The translations under genes and the position numbers were made by a program. The notes beneath the pieces are model-generated. The model saw nothing but the letters and a program-made list of their open reading frames with translations, was not told where the DNA came from and made no database searches. A stretch of 64,000 nt of DNA from Clostridia bacterium (GTDB taxonomy: Bacteria > Bacillota > Clostridia > JAAYHZ01). Positions 27,194 to 38,191 of this stretch are shown piece after piece. The DNA lies in contig JBMNIH010000002.1 of the NCBI GenBank assembly GCA_050950825.1, positions 320,001 through 384,000 of the forward strand, written 5' to 3'. The first letter of the stretch is position 1, and each line of letters begins with the position of its first letter.

Positions 27194-28378
27194 TTACAAC
27201 TCCCGTCCTCCGTCTCCTACGGTAGCGACGTAGACGGTGCAGTCGTATCCGATTCTTTCTCTGTACTTTTCGGTAACGATACGGGTAAAGCTTTCGACCG
27301 CATCTTCCTTCACCAGGCTGACGGTACATCCTCCGAAGCCGGCACCGGTCATTCGAGAACCTAACACCCCGGGTACGGTTAACGCGATTTCATACAGCGC
27401 ATCCAGCTCTTCTCCGGTCACTTCGTAATCATCCCGCAAAGAAACATGGGACATTTTCATCAGTTCTCCGAATTGAACCAAATCGTTTGCCTTCAAAGCC
27501 TCGATGGATTTTAACACCCGATCGTCTTCGGTAATAACATGCCTTGCTCTTTTGTAAAGAACGGGGTCCGTAATGTAACTTCCGAATTTTTCGAAATCCT
27601 CTTTGGACACTTCTCCGAGGAATCGGATTTTCGGCAAGAATTTTTTCAAAATCTCCAGCGCTTGGTCGCACTGGCTCCGACGTTCGTTGTATTTTACCGC
27701 CGCCAAGCTTCTTTTTTTATTGGTATTGGTAATGACCAGCTTGTGTCCTTCCATCTTCAAAGGAATCAATTCGTAGGACAAGTCTTTGCAATCCAAAAAG
27801 ATAACGTGGTCCTTTTTCCCCATAGCCGAAGAAAACTGGTCCATGATACCGCAGCTGACGCCCACAAAGTTGTTTTCCGCCTTTTGTCCGATCTTTGCAA
27901 TCTCCACCGGATCAACCTTCGTTTTCGTCCCGAATTTTTCATCGTATGCACCGAGAAGGGCCAACGCCGTCACCGTTTCGATGGCAGCCGACGAAGACAA
28001 ACCGCTTCCGATGGGAACCTCGTCGTGGCACAGCATATCGCAACCGGTTAAGGAGTAACCGTGATTCATTAATTCGAAAGCCACCCCGGCTTGGTAGTTT
28101 CCCCATTTGAGCTTTTTGGCGGACTCCAAATCGTCCAAAGAAACCTCCGTGATTTCTCCGATGTCCGTCGCCATCATCCGCAGGATTCGATCCTCTCGAG
28201 GACGTACCGCCACATAACAATTCATGTCCAAAGCCGCGGGAAGGACATATCCTCCGTTGTAATCGGTGTGCTCCCCGATCAAATTAACGCGACCGGGAGA
28301 TGCAAACACACGAATATGCTCCCTTTCCCCTTTGTATACTTCCATGAACCGGTCAATAAGCATCGTCTTTTTATCCAT
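27194..28378 (-). CDS. galK: Galactokinase
   Basis: PGRVNLIGEHTDYNGG, PIGSGLSSSAA, CGIMDQ, RMTGAGFGGC. Confidence 0.97.
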   Translation of the reverse strand: MDKKTMLIDRFMEVYKGEREHIRVFASPGRVNLIGEHTDYNGGYVLPAALDMNCYVAVRPREDRILRMMATDIGEITEVSLDDLESAKKLKWGNYQAGVAFELMNHGYSLTGCDMLCHDEVPIGSGLSSSAAIETVTALALLGAYDEKFGTKTKVDPVEIAKIGQKAENNFVGVSCGIMDQFSSAMGKKDHVIFLDCKDLSYELIPLKMEGHKLVITNTNKKRSLAAVKYNERRSQCDQALEILKKFLPKIRFLGEVSKEDFEKFGSYITDPVLYKRARHVITEDDRVLKSIEALKANDLVQFGELMKMSHVSLRDDYEVTGEELDALYEIALTVPGVLGSRMTGAGFGGCTVSLVKEDAVESFTRIVTEKYRERIGYDCTVYVATVGDGGREL

Positions 28379-28383
28379 ACATC

Positions 28384-29367
28384 TTATCCTTCTTCCTTCT
28401 GTGTCTTCATAAATTTGGCGTAGGCTTCTCGAAGCTCCGCCGCTTTTTCTTCCGGTGCCGTAGGATTGCAGTGTGCCCAAGCTCCGGTTTCACTGGAAGC
28501 GTTGAACTTGATCTTTTCCTTCGACCGCATGGGCGGGAAGAATTCAATATGGAAATGGTAGTAATCCTTCGTATCCTCGCTGTTCACCGGGTCCTGATGC
28601 AAACACATCATATAGGGGAAAGGATAATCGAAAAGGCTGTCCAGCATGCCTACCGTTCTTTTGATACAGCGGGCCAAATCGTCTTTTTCCTTGTCGTTCA
28701 TTTGGCTTAAATTCTGCAAATGCTTTTTCGAGAAGATATACACGCCATAAGGATATTCCGTAAAGAAAGGAAGGATAACCGTAAAAGAATCGTTGTCGAA
28801 TATCACTCTTTTTTGGAATTCAACCTCGTTTTTATGCATGTCACATAGAAGGCAGCGATTCTCCTTCTCGTAATACTCCTTGCAGCTGTCTAACTCCAAT
28901 TGAATCTTTTTCGGAATTACCGAGTACCCGTATATCTGCCCGTGAGGATGAGGCATGGTGACTCCCACCGCTTCTCCCCTGTTTTCAAAAATGAATACGT
29001 ATTTGATTTTCTCGTCTTTTTGAATTTCTTCAAAACGCTCCGTCCACAAATCCACCAGCTTCCTCATATGGGCATCGGAAAGCTCGGGGAGCTTCGCGTA
29101 ATGGGAAGGCGAATACAAAATAACCTCGCATTTCCCGTACGCTTCCTTTACCTTGAAAAAGTCGGTGTCTACAGGATCCGGAACGGGAGGATTTTGCATC
29201 AGAGCCGGAAAATCGTTGTCGTATTTATACACGTCAAAATCATCCGGCACTCTTCCCGAACCGGGGCAAAACGGGCACCAGTCCTTGGGCATCTGGGGCC
29301 TGTTTTGCCTGTGGGACGCTATGATAATCCAATCCTTTATTAAAGGATGCCATCTTAATTCCGCCAT
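28384..29367 (-). CDS. galT: Galactose-1-phosphate uridylyltransferase
   Basis: CPFCPG, FENRGEAVGVTMPHPHGQ. Confidence 0.96.
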   Translation of the reverse strand: MAELRWHPLIKDWIIIASHRQNRPQMPKDWCPFCPGSGRVPDDFDVYKYDNDFPALMQNPPVPDPVDTDFFKVKEAYGKCEVILYSPSHYAKLPELSDAHMRKLVDLWTERFEEIQKDEKIKYVFIFENRGEAVGVTMPHPHGQIYGYSVIPKKIQLELDSCKEYYEKENRCLLCDMHKNEVEFQKRVIFDNDSFTVILPFFTEYPYGVYIFSKKHLQNLSQMNDKEKDDLARCIKRTVGMLDSLFDYPFPYMMCLHQDPVNSEDTKDYYHFHIEFFPPMRSKEKIKFNASSETGAWAHCNPTAPEEKAAELREAYAKFMKTQKEEG

Positions 29368-29391
29368 AATCCCACTCTTTCGTTTCTTCTT

Positions 29392-30708
29392 TTATTTCTT
29401 GAAATGACCTAAATAGTCTTTGTTCGCTTCAAACATTTCGTCCACCATGTCTTGGATTTCCTGCATACTCAAAACGGCAGAGGTCAAAGGATCAAACAAG
29501 ATTGCATGGTATACTTTTCTTGCGTCTCCCGTTAGAGCCGCTTCGACCGCCAACTCTTCACAGCGGACGCTGATATTATTCAGAAGGGCCAATTGAGGAG
29601 GCAATTTTCCGACGGCAACCGGATTCAACCCCTTCTTATTGGCAAACACGGGAACCTCCACGCAAGCGTTTTCCGGAAGATCCGGTAATAGCCCGATGTT
29701 GGGAACGTTACCGTTGAATTCATAGGGCGTGTTGTCGCCGAATACCGCATTAAAGATGTAAGCGGCGTATTCGTTGCCTCTATTTAAGTTGATATCGTCC
29801 TTTGCCAACCAATCTTCGATTTCTTTTTTCCAGACATGTTCACGTCTGCGGTATTCGTTCAGAATATACGCGTGATGCCCGGGATTCCAGCCGGTACCGT
29901 GGGTGCAGTATTTTTCAATCAAGTCCGGACGTTTCCGGAACCAAGCCACGTATTCCGAGTTGTGGCCGCTGGACTCGGTAACGTAATAGCCTAAGTGCTT
30001 GAACATTTCATTGCGTACTTGCTCTTGATTATAGATTTCCGGTTTTTCAATGGCTTCTCGGATCAAAGGATAAGCGTCTTTTCCGTTCCATTTGAAATCC
30101 AAATAGAAGGCCTGGTGGTTGATACCGGCACAAGTATAGGTAACCTCATCCATGGGAGCGCCGATCCATTTTGCCAGCATAGCCGCCGTACCCTGCACGC
30201 TGTGACACAAGCCGGAAATTTGAATCTTGCTTTGAGACTGCATTGCCCTGCACAACATGGCCATAGGATTGGTGTAGTTTAACAAGATGGCGTTAGGACA
30301 ATACTTTTCCATATCTTTTACGATGTCCAACATAACGGGGATGGTCCTTAATGCCCGGAATATGCCTGCAGGTCCTCTCGTATCCCCGACGTTGATATCC
30401 ACGCCGTACTTTTTGGGGATCAAGATATCATACTGCCATACATCCACTCCACCCTGCAGAATGGTACATACAACGCCGTCCGCGCCTTCCAAGGCTTCCG
30501 CTCGGTTTTTCGTGGCGGTAATTTTGGCTCCGTACTTTCCTTTGGCCACGATTTTTTGAACCGCTTTTTCGATGGCTGCCAGTCTCTCGTCGTCAATGTC
30601 CATTAAAGCCAAATGGCAATCGTGGAATGCGGGAAAGGACAATATGTCTCTTACCAAACTCCGCGTGAATCCGAAGCTACCTGCACCAATAAAAGCTATT
30701 TTTCTCAT
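29392..30708 (-). CDS. melA: GH4 alpha-galactosidase
   Basis: [42 protein letters not shown]. Confidence 0.88.
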   Translation of the reverse strand: MRKIAFIGAGSFGFTRSLVRDILSFPAFHDCHLALMDIDDERLAAIEKAVQKIVAKGKYGAKITATKNRAEALEGADGVVCTILQGGVDVWQYDILIPKKYGVDINVGDTRGPAGIFRALRTIPVMLDIVKDMEKYCPNAILLNYTNPMAMLCRAMQSQSKIQISGLCHSVQGTAAMLAKWIGAPMDEVTYTCAGINHQAFYLDFKWNGKDAYPLIREAIEKPEIYNQEQVRNEMFKHLGYYVTESSGHNSEYVAWFRKRPDLIEKYCTHGTGWNPGHHAYILNEYRRREHVWKKEIEDWLAKDDINLNRGNEYAAYIFNAVFGDNTPYEFNGNVPNIGLLPDLPENACVEVPVFANKKGLNPVAVGKLPPQLALLNNISVRCEELAVEAALTGDARKVYHAILFDPLTSAVLSMQEIQDMVDEMFEANKDYLGHFKK

Positions 30709-30739
30709 ACCGTTTTCCTCCGAAAAATATATTTGAAAA

Positions 30740-32056
30740 CTATTTGTATTCAGGCAACCAATCTTTATGGGCTTCGAACAGATCATCGCACAGGGAAATG
30801 ATGTCATCAATGGAAAGCTCCGCAGATGTGTGAGGATCCAACAAAGCCGCATGGTAAACGTACTCTTTCTTTAACGTCAATGCCGCTTCGATGGTAAGAT
30901 TTTGTACGTTGATATTTGTTCGATTCAATGCCGCGCATTGCTCCGGCAAATCGCCTACAAAGCAAGGATGAATGCCGTATCCGTTTACCAAGCAAGGCAC
31001 TTCCACGCAGGCATTCGAAGGTAGGTTGGTAATCATACCGTTGTTAATAACGTTTCCGGCAATTTCGTAATGAGTATCCGTTGCGAGGGCTTTGATGATA
31101 TTGGCTGCATATTCGTGTGTCAAGCGATGTTCGATTTTCGTGTTTTCCACCAAATCCTTTCTCATGCTTTCCCAACGATTGATTTGGTTGATGCAGCGTC
31201 TGGGATATTCGTCCAAAGGTATGTTAAAGCGTTCGATCAATTCCGGGTATTTGCTTTTGATGAAATAAGGCACATACTCGGCATCGTGTTCGCCGGATTC
31301 CGTCAAATAATAACCGAACCGCTTCATGATTTCCAATCGAACCAAATTACCGGAATTTTTCAATTCCCCCGAAGCCTCCAATTCGGCAAAACGAGCTTTA
31401 ATTTCCGGATAAATGTCTCTTCCGTCGCCCTTGACTTCCAAAAGCCAAGCCATGTGGTTGATTCCCGCAACTTTTTGAACAACCTTTTGGTAGCGGTCCG
31501 CCATTTTTAACGTATGCAGAAGGCTGGAGGCACACACCTGTACGCTGTGGCACAAGCCTACGGTTTTCACATTCGAACCCCTTAAAATGGCACCGGTAAC
31601 CATGGCCATGGGGTTGGTGTAGTTCAAAAGCCATGCATCGGGGCATACTTCTTCGATTAAGCGGGCGTAATCCAGCATTACGGGAATGGTTCTTAAGGCT
31701 CGGAAAATTCCTCCGATCCCTAAAGTGTCTCCTATGGTCTGTCTTAATCCGTATTTTTTCGGAATTTCAAAATCGATAATGGTACAAGGGTCGTAACCGC
31801 CTACTTGGATGGCGTTGACAAGATAAGAAGCACCCTTGAAGGCTTCCCTGCTGTCGCTGTATGCTTTTATAATCATCGGTTCGCCGTAGTTGGCGTTGAT
31901 ATTTTTCATCATTCGGTACGAATCATCCAAACGAACCGGATCAATATCGTACAATGCCAATTCCGACCCTTTCAATTCCGGGGTCAGTACGATGTCGCCT
32001 AGAACATTCTTTGCAAATACGGTGCTTCCCGCGCCGATAAACGTTATCTTTCTCAT
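30740..32056 (-). CDS. melA: GH4 alpha-galactosidase/alpha-glucosidase
   Basis: [54 protein letters not shown]. Confidence 0.88.
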   Translation of the reverse strand: MRKITFIGAGSTVFAKNVLGDIVLTPELKGSELALYDIDPVRLDDSYRMMKNINANYGEPMIIKAYSDSREAFKGASYLVNAIQVGGYDPCTIIDFEIPKKYGLRQTIGDTLGIGGIFRALRTIPVMLDYARLIEEVCPDAWLLNYTNPMAMVTGAILRGSNVKTVGLCHSVQVCASSLLHTLKMADRYQKVVQKVAGINHMAWLLEVKGDGRDIYPEIKARFAELEASGELKNSGNLVRLEIMKRFGYYLTESGEHDAEYVPYFIKSKYPELIERFNIPLDEYPRRCINQINRWESMRKDLVENTKIEHRLTHEYAANIIKALATDTHYEIAGNVINNGMITNLPSNACVEVPCLVNGYGIHPCFVGDLPEQCAALNRTNINVQNLTIEAALTLKKEYVYHAALLDPHTSAELSIDDIISLCDDLFEAHKDWLPEYK

Positions 32057-32088
32057 GTGTTTAGAACCTCCCTAAAAGTTTACGTTCT

Positions 32089-33711
32089 CTATTGTAACGT
32101 TATATGTACAACACCCATTCTATCATATGGAGCCCAAGAATAGGAGACTATGTTTCCGTTAATTTTTTCGGACAATTCCCGAATCAACGCCTTCATGCCT
32201 TCCGAGGTAAAGTCGTTGGGGTTGTAGTCTTTCAGACGGTATGAAAACGACCGCTCGCCCTTTGCGAAGGCATTTTTCATATGCTCCAGCATCTCGGTTC
32301 GGTTTTGAAGGTAAGTCCCGTTAAGGTTATAGTAATTGTAGCGGTCTTGGTCGCATACGGGATAAGCCGAACGGTCCCACAGACGGTATTTTTCCAAATC
32401 CTTATCGGTAACGTTAAAATAGTAGTGGCGTAAAACGCTTTTTGCTCCTACGGGGTCGTCGTAGGTAGCGTCTACGTGGTAATACTCCCCGTCCAGCCGC
32501 ACCATATTCCAAGAATGGCTTGTGCCTTGGTCGGTGCCTACCACTTCACGGCAATAGACTCCCGCCAAAGATAACAAAAGCAGCATGGCTCGGCTGTAGC
32601 CTTGGCATACGGCCTCCTTTTCAATCAAAGCACCGTAGGCATCGTAGCAGTGCTCCGAGTAACCGTAAGAAGTGTTCAGAACCAAATAGTCATGGACCGC
32701 CAATTCTTTTTCCACATCGGTCATGCCCGGCTTCACAAGATCGGCTACAATACGGCAAGCTTTTTTCAAAAGCTCTTTTCTTTCTTCCGGACTTACGGTG
32801 TATTTGATATGAATTTCATACCGAATGATATTTCCTTCCCTGTCTTCCAGCCACCGAAAATCGGCTCCCTTGTACATACCCGTGTAAGAATCGTTTGTTT
32901 TTAAGGATTCGCTTACGTCTTCACGAATATTCCCCGAATACTCGGAAGGATTGATGACAAGAGTCTCGGTATACCGGTACAAAGCTCGAAGAATCAGCTT
33001 GTCCAGCTGTTCTTTGCTTTGCACGTAATACGTGCCGTTAACCGTTTTGATATCCGGTAATAGCCCTTCTCCTAAGGCAAGGATGCAAAGCTCGTTTACG
33101 GCCCCCGTGCTTACGAGCCGGTCCGCAAGGCGGCTTTTTTCGTCCTTCATACGGCTCCAAAGGGCGCGGTAAGACAAAAGAATCAACTCTTTTCGGGTAA
33201 ACGATTCGCTTTTTTCGAATGCTTCCCTTTCGGTTCGGTTAAGGACTCCGACAGACTCCAATTTTTTCAAAGCATCGAAATAGGAAAAGTCCCCCTCTTC
33301 CTCGGAATACCCTAACGCGCGGAGAAGAAAAGCGGCATACTGAAGAGGTGTCGTTAAAAGAACGGAGCCGAACCGATTTTCTCCGATCCCTTTTGTAAGC
33401 CCCTCACGGTACAAAAAGCCGATGTAAGGGGCGGCCCAGCCGGGTACATCGGTAAAGGGGTGGGTATATTGTTCCTCCAGTGCCGTTTTTTCTTTTCCAA
33501 GAAGCCTTACCAGCATGACCGCCGATTCGGCTCGGGTCGGACTCCGATCCGGTTCATACCCTTTGTCGGTGCCCTGCATAAGCCCTAATATTTTTAAGCA
33601 ATCGGCGTAAAATTCGATATCCCGGATATATTCATCGGCATAAACAGGTACCGGATTGATAAATCCTATAAGCAGCGTTATGGATAAAACAACGGAAATT
33701 ACGGATCTCAT
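32089..33711 (-). CDS. Secreted SLH-like plus transglutaminase-like domain protein
   Basis: Signal peptide; TRAESAVMLVRLLG and HPFTDVPGWAAPYI SLH-like repeats; triad motifs VCQGYS, HSWN, HVDATYDD. Confidence 0.82.
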   Translation of the reverse strand: MRSVISVVLSITLLIGFINPVPVYADEYIRDIEFYADCLKILGLMQGTDKGYEPDRSPTRAESAVMLVRLLGKEKTALEEQYTHPFTDVPGWAAPYIGFLYREGLTKGIGENRFGSVLLTTPLQYAAFLLRALGYSEEEGDFSYFDALKKLESVGVLNRTEREAFEKSESFTRKELILLSYRALWSRMKDEKSRLADRLVSTGAVNELCILALGEGLLPDIKTVNGTYYVQSKEQLDKLILRALYRYTETLVINPSEYSGNIREDVSESLKTNDSYTGMYKGADFRWLEDREGNIIRYEIHIKYTVSPEERKELLKKACRIVADLVKPGMTDVEKELAVHDYLVLNTSYGYSEHCYDAYGALIEKEAVCQGYSRAMLLLLSLAGVYCREVVGTDQGTSHSWNMVRLDGEYYHVDATYDDPVGAKSVLRHYYFNVTDKDLEKYRLWDRSAYPVCDQDRYNYYNLNGTYLQNRTEMLEHMKNAFAKGERSFSYRLKDYNPNDFTSEGMKALIRELSEKINGNIVSYSWAPYDRMGVVHITLQ

Positions 33712-33741
33712 CCGGCACCCTCCCGACATTTCAAGCCCCGA

Positions 33742-34314
33742 CTAAACCTTTTTTATAATCAATTCATCCAAAGTTCTTTTCGGTACGTGGTGAACCTTGT
33801 TTTCGTCACGATAGTATTTTATGTCTCCTTTCGCATCTTCCGAAACCACTTTCTCGTCGGCATAACCGAAAGCGATCACCGTGTCGATTTTGTATTTATC
33901 GTCAATACCCAAAAGCTCTTTCAACCGGTCTCTTTTCAAGGAACCGATCCAGCAGGAGCCGATCCCTTCTTCCCAAGCCGCAAGCATCATATTCTGTGCA
34001 GCGGCACCGCAATCGTGCTCGGCACCGTCCTTTCGGATGTCGGTGTCCACCAACAGGAATACGTAAAGTACGGGTTTTTCACCTTCCTTCGGCGTTCCTT
34101 CTCCTTTTAGATATCCCGCCCAAGCCGTGTTCTCAAATACTTTTTCACACATATCGGGAGATTGAACGATAATATATTTCAAAGGTTGAATGTTAGCGCC
34201 GGACGGTGCTTGTCGAGCGGCTTCCATAATTCTTGTCACGATTTCATCCGGAATGGGATCTTGCTTGAATCGTCTTACCGTTCTTCTTGATACAATGAGA
34301 TCATAAAGAGACAT
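33742..34314 (-). CDS. Nitroreductase family protein
   Basis: RRTVRRF, APSGANIQP, GIGSCWIG. Confidence 0.92.
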   Translation of the reverse strand: MSLYDLIVSRRTVRRFKQDPIPDEIVTRIMEAARQAPSGANIQPLKYIIVQSPDMCEKVFENTAWAGYLKGEGTPKEGEKPVLYVFLLVDTDIRKDGAEHDCGAAAQNMMLAAWEEGIGSCWIGSLKRDRLKELLGIDDKYKIDTVIAFGYADEKVVSEDAKGDIKYYRDENKVHHVPKRTLDELIIKKV

Positions 34315-34450
34315 AGAAAAACCTCCTTGCCGTTTTGTACGTAAATTATACCATACCCATGCCGGCCCTTCAACGAAAGTTCGGTATACTTCTTCTCGGT
34401 TCCATAAAATATTCCTTTTGAAATATTGTGGCGGTTCGCTTTTAATTTTA

Positions 34451-35626
34451 TTATATATCTTCCAAATCGATCATATAGATCCCTCGATATCCTTCGTGGG
34501 TGGAATCAAAGGATACGGCAGAACCTGTATCGTTCCAGCGGGGATGCAAATCGCATCGAATGTCGTTGCAGGAAACAGGCATGGAGTAAAAAGAGCCGAG
34601 CATGATTTGAGTATCCTCCTCAAAATCGTATATGCTTAAGGATCTCATGCCGATTTTCGAAGGATATGTATCCATTAAAAGCCGTTTTCGGTCCGGGGAA
34701 TAACTCATGTGGGTATCTTTCGTAAAAGCGCCTTCGGCGATAAGCCTCCCCTCGTAGGTGCGGTCAATAAGCTCGTAGGTGTTAAGGTCTCCTTTTCGAC
34801 ATTTCAATTCCTTGCCGTCGGAGAAAAAAATCACGGTATTTTTATCCTTCCAATGGTAGTGGGATTGGATACCGTAGTCCGACAGCAAAAACAAATCCTT
34901 CCCTTCTTTATCGGCGGTAATAATGGCGGTTTTGTGACGTTCTCCGGGCTTCGGGAAATTGCGAGGCAAGAACAAAAAACGACTTTGGTCCGTATTGAAG
35001 GTAATGTGGTTGATTACCATTTTTTGATCCTCACCTTGGAAATACCCTCCCGAAAAATCCCATATGTCTTGCAGGGACAAGATCAATTTTCCTTTCCCGG
35101 ATTCCATATCCGTCAGAAAAATTCCGTCCTCCTTCGGATGGTTTTCGTTCTTAAAAGGGTCTTCGATGGTAGCATACCCGTACCCCGGTCGAAAATCATA
35201 AAGCCTGCTCATGTTGATTCCCAAAGCATATTCCCCCGATGAAGACACATTGGCTACAGGGTAATCCGTATACCTTTTCTTCCCCGTATTAATATCCATG
35301 ATTACGCCGACGTAAACGCCGTCCTCTAGCCGGTTGTAGATAATCTCCCGGCCCTTTGCCTTCGGGTTCCATTGAAGCATCGCTCCCTGCTGAAAGTTCC
35401 ATGCTTCGGTAATATCCAAGGCCTCAAATTTCCCGGTTTCAATTTCAATGATGCCGATTTGCGCTTTGTCCCCTTTTACATGGAGCCGATCCATGAAAGA
35501 AACCTTATGAGCAAGATGAAAACGTCCGGTCGGGTCGAAGGCCGGAAGATCGTAATAACCGAAGAAAAAATAGCCTTCTCCCGGAGAAATCCTTCGAACG
35601 AACGGCCGACCGTACCGAATTTTCAT
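34451..35626 (-). CDS. Hypothetical beta-propeller protein (oligogalacturonate lyase-like)
   Basis: FFGYYD, AWNFQQGAMLQW, INHITFN, RCDLHPRW..VSFDS; several His residues spaced like the PL22 metal site. Confidence 0.55.
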   Translation of the reverse strand: MKIRYGRPFVRRISPGEGYFFFGYYDLPAFDPTGRFHLAHKVSFMDRLHVKGDKAQIGIIEIETGKFEALDITEAWNFQQGAMLQWNPKAKGREIIYNRLEDGVYVGVIMDINTGKKRYTDYPVANVSSSGEYALGINMSRLYDFRPGYGYATIEDPFKNENHPKEDGIFLTDMESGKGKLILSLQDIWDFSGGYFQGEDQKMVINHITFNTDQSRFLFLPRNFPKPGERHKTAIITADKEGKDLFLLSDYGIQSHYHWKDKNTVIFFSDGKELKCRKGDLNTYELIDRTYEGRLIAEGAFTKDTHMSYSPDRKRLLMDTYPSKIGMRSLSIYDFEEDTQIMLGSFYSMPVSCNDIRCDLHPRWNDTGSAVSFDSTHEGYRGIYMIDLEDI

Positions 35627-35828
35627 ACCCGATCCCTCCTCCCTTAAAGGTTTTCCTTATTCTCCATTATATACCCTTCTTGTCCTTTGCAACATTTTTT
35701 CTTGCAGCATATTTATAATTTCCATAAGTTATTACAAAGGATGAAAGCTTCTTGCTAGAATACCGTGATGAAAGGGGGATATACTGAATAAGACTTGTGT
35801 AAAATCTATGATATAAGGAAGATAGCAG

Positions 35829-37196
35829 ATGAACGGTAAACAATTGGTTTTGGATACATTGGATCATAAAAAAACGGAGCGGATTCCGTGGATTCCCTTT
35901 GCCGGGGTCCATGCCGGATCCTTATGCGGATACAATGCTACGGAAATTTTAAAGGATGCGGACAAATTGTACAAAGCGGTTTTGGAAGCAAACCGTATCT
36001 ACAATGCAGACGGTCAGCCGGTCCTGTTCGACCTGCAGGTGGAAGCGGAAATATTAGGATGCGAATTGCAATGGGAGCCCTATTCTCCTCCGTCGGTAAG
36101 GACCCATCCTCTTGAAAATACCGACCGGATTCCTTGTCTATGCCGATTGCCGAAAAAAACCGACGGCAGAATACCCATGATATTGGACGTGATGAGACGC
36201 TTGAAGAAAGAAATCGGGGATCGTACCGCTTTGTTCGGCTTAATATGCGGCCCCTTTACCTTGGCCTCTCATTTGCGAGGCAGCAACATATTCATGGACA
36301 TGTACGACGACGAGGAATACGTTAAAAGCTTATTGTCCTTTTGCACCAAGGTTGCTATGGTCATGAGCGAGTACTACATCGAAGCCGGTATGGACGTTAT
36401 TGCCGCCGTGGATCCCTTGGTCTCCCAAATATCGCCGAGTCATTTTGAAACCTTTTTGTCGGACCCTTATACGAGGTTGTTTAAGTATATAAAAGGGGTG
36501 GGGGTACACACCGCTTTCTTCGTTTGCGGCAACGCAAGCGAAAGCATTGACGTGATGTGCCAAAGCTCTCCGGATGCCATTTTTGTAGACGAAAACGTGG
36601 ATTTGAAAAGAGCGCAGCAAACGACAAAGAAATACAATATCACCATCGGCGGGAATATTCCTTTGACCTCCATCATGCTCCACGGAACGCAGCAGGACAA
36701 TATCAAATACGTAATCGACCTGATCGATTCTTTGGACAAAGACAATTTGATCATCGCACCGGGATGCGACATGCCTTACCATACCCCCATTGAAAATACC
36801 GTTGCCGCTTCCCAAGCGGTTCAAAACACGGAAGCCATGAGAGTTTCGGTCCAAAACTACGAGATTACGGACGACGGACCGGATGTGGTATTGCCGGATT
36901 ACGAGCATTTGGATCGTCCCTTGATTGAAGTCTTTACCTTGGACAGTGCCACCTGCGCAGCCTGTACCTACATGATGGACGCAGCTTTAATCGCCAAGAA
37001 AGAATACGGCGATAAAATCGACGTGAAGGAATACAAATTCACCGAAAAAGAAAATATTTCACGAGTCAAAAAGATGGGCGTACAAAAGCTCCCCTCCATC
37101 TATATTAACGGAAAACTGCAGTTTTCCTCCATTATCCCGAGAAGGTCGGAGTTGTTCGAACGCATAAACGAGGTGCTCGACGGTGGAAAGCGCTAA
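35829..37196 (+). CDS. Uroporphyrinogen decarboxylase-like (MtaA/CmuA) protein with a C-terminal thioredoxin-like domain
   Basis: DLQVEAEILGC, GPFTLASHLRG, IGGNIP, APGCD; C-terminal TCAACTYM...GVQKLPSIYING. Confidence 0.8.
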   Translation: MNGKQLVLDTLDHKKTERIPWIPFAGVHAGSLCGYNATEILKDADKLYKAVLEANRIYNADGQPVLFDLQVEAEILGCELQWEPYSPPSVRTHPLENTDRIPCLCRLPKKTDGRIPMILDVMRRLKKEIGDRTALFGLICGPFTLASHLRGSNIFMDMYDDEEYVKSLLSFCTKVAMVMSEYYIEAGMDVIAAVDPLVSQISPSHFETFLSDPYTRLFKYIKGVGVHTAFFVCGNASESIDVMCQSSPDAIFVDENVDLKRAQQTTKKYNITIGGNIPLTSIMLHGTQQDNIKYVIDLIDSLDKDNLIIAPGCDMPYHTPIENTVAASQAVQNTEAMRVSVQNYEITDDGPDVVLPDYEHLDRPLIEVFTLDSATCAACTYMMDAALIAKKEYGDKIDVKEYKFTEKENISRVKKMGVQKLPSIYINGKLQFSSIIPRRSELFERINEVLDGGKR

Positions 37197-38112
37197 AAAC
37201 CTGTACATCGTGACCGGCTTTTTAGGCTCCGGCAAAACCACGTTTTTAAACCGTTGGCTTGAATCCTTTGAAAACCGGCCTATAGCATTGGTTATCAACG
37301 AATTCGGAGCCGTAGACGTAGACGGAGCCTTGTTCGATCCCTCTCGTTTCGACATTGCCAAAATCAGCAACGGATCCATCCTTTGCTCCTGTCGGTCCGA
37401 TCGCTTCATCGAAGTGATGGAAAGCCTGGCTAAAGCCTCGGTTACCGATGTGATCGTAGAAACCTCCGGCATATCGGACATATCGATATTAGGGAAGGTT
37501 TTAGGCACGATAAACCAGCTGACAAAGGATGCCTATTGCTACAAAGGCTTGATCACCGTTGCCGACTGCACCCGGATACGAAAAACCGCTTCCGTTTCTT
37601 TGCCCGTAAAAAGCCAGCTGGCATATGCGGATTACATCCTATTGAACAAGACGGATTTGTGCACCGAGGAAGAAACGGAGGAAGTCCTTTCGTTTATTCG
37701 AAGGATCAATCCCCTCTGCCCTATTGAAAAGACGTATTACGGCATAGCGAAGAATCCGAAAAAGCTCTTGGATTTGGAAGTCTTCCGCAAACTGCCCGTT
37801 AACATGAAGGACGTTGTTTCTCCTTGGCCGGATAAATTTACGTGCTTTTTTCAAAGAAAAATATCCGTCGATCGGTTGGAAGCCTTGGTTGATTTTTTAA
37901 TCTCTCATGCTTTAAGGGTAAAGGGCTTTGTAGATACGGACGAGGGTTTTCGATTTGTAGATGCCGTACCGGGTTCCGTAAAAACGAGCGAGTATAAATT
38001 TCATGATTTCTCCTTTTTGACGGTCATTTACGAACACGAGACGCCTTTAAAGCTTTTGACAAAGAAAAAAGGCGTGGATCTTTTCGGTCCGGAAATTTTG
38101 AAAATTGAGTAG
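37183..38112 (+). CDS. CobW/COG0523 family GTPase (putative metallochaperone)
   Basis: TGFLGSGKTT, INEFG, NGSILCSC, VETSG, LNKTD, RVKGFV. Confidence 0.88.
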   Translation: MESAKNLYIVTGFLGSGKTTFLNRWLESFENRPIALVINEFGAVDVDGALFDPSRFDIAKISNGSILCSCRSDRFIEVMESLAKASVTDVIVETSGISDISILGKVLGTINQLTKDAYCYKGLITVADCTRIRKTASVSLPVKSQLAYADYILLNKTDLCTEEETEEVLSFIRRINPLCPIEKTYYGIAKNPKKLLDLEVFRKLPVNMKDVVSPWPDKFTCFFQRKISVDRLEALVDFLISHALRVKGFVDTDEGFRFVDAVPGSVKTSEYKFHDFSFLTVIYEHETPLKLLTKKKGVDLFGPEILKIE

Positions 38113-38138
38113 ATATGTATTATTCAAAATACCTCCTT

Positions 38139-38183
38139 TTAAAACACCCGATAGAAGAAAAGCTCTATCGGGTGTTTTTAAAC
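38139..38183. terminator. Bidirectional terminator
   Basis: AAAACACCCGATAGA...TCTATCGGGTGTTTT. Confidence 0.8.
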
Positions 38184-38191
38184 GGTTTATT

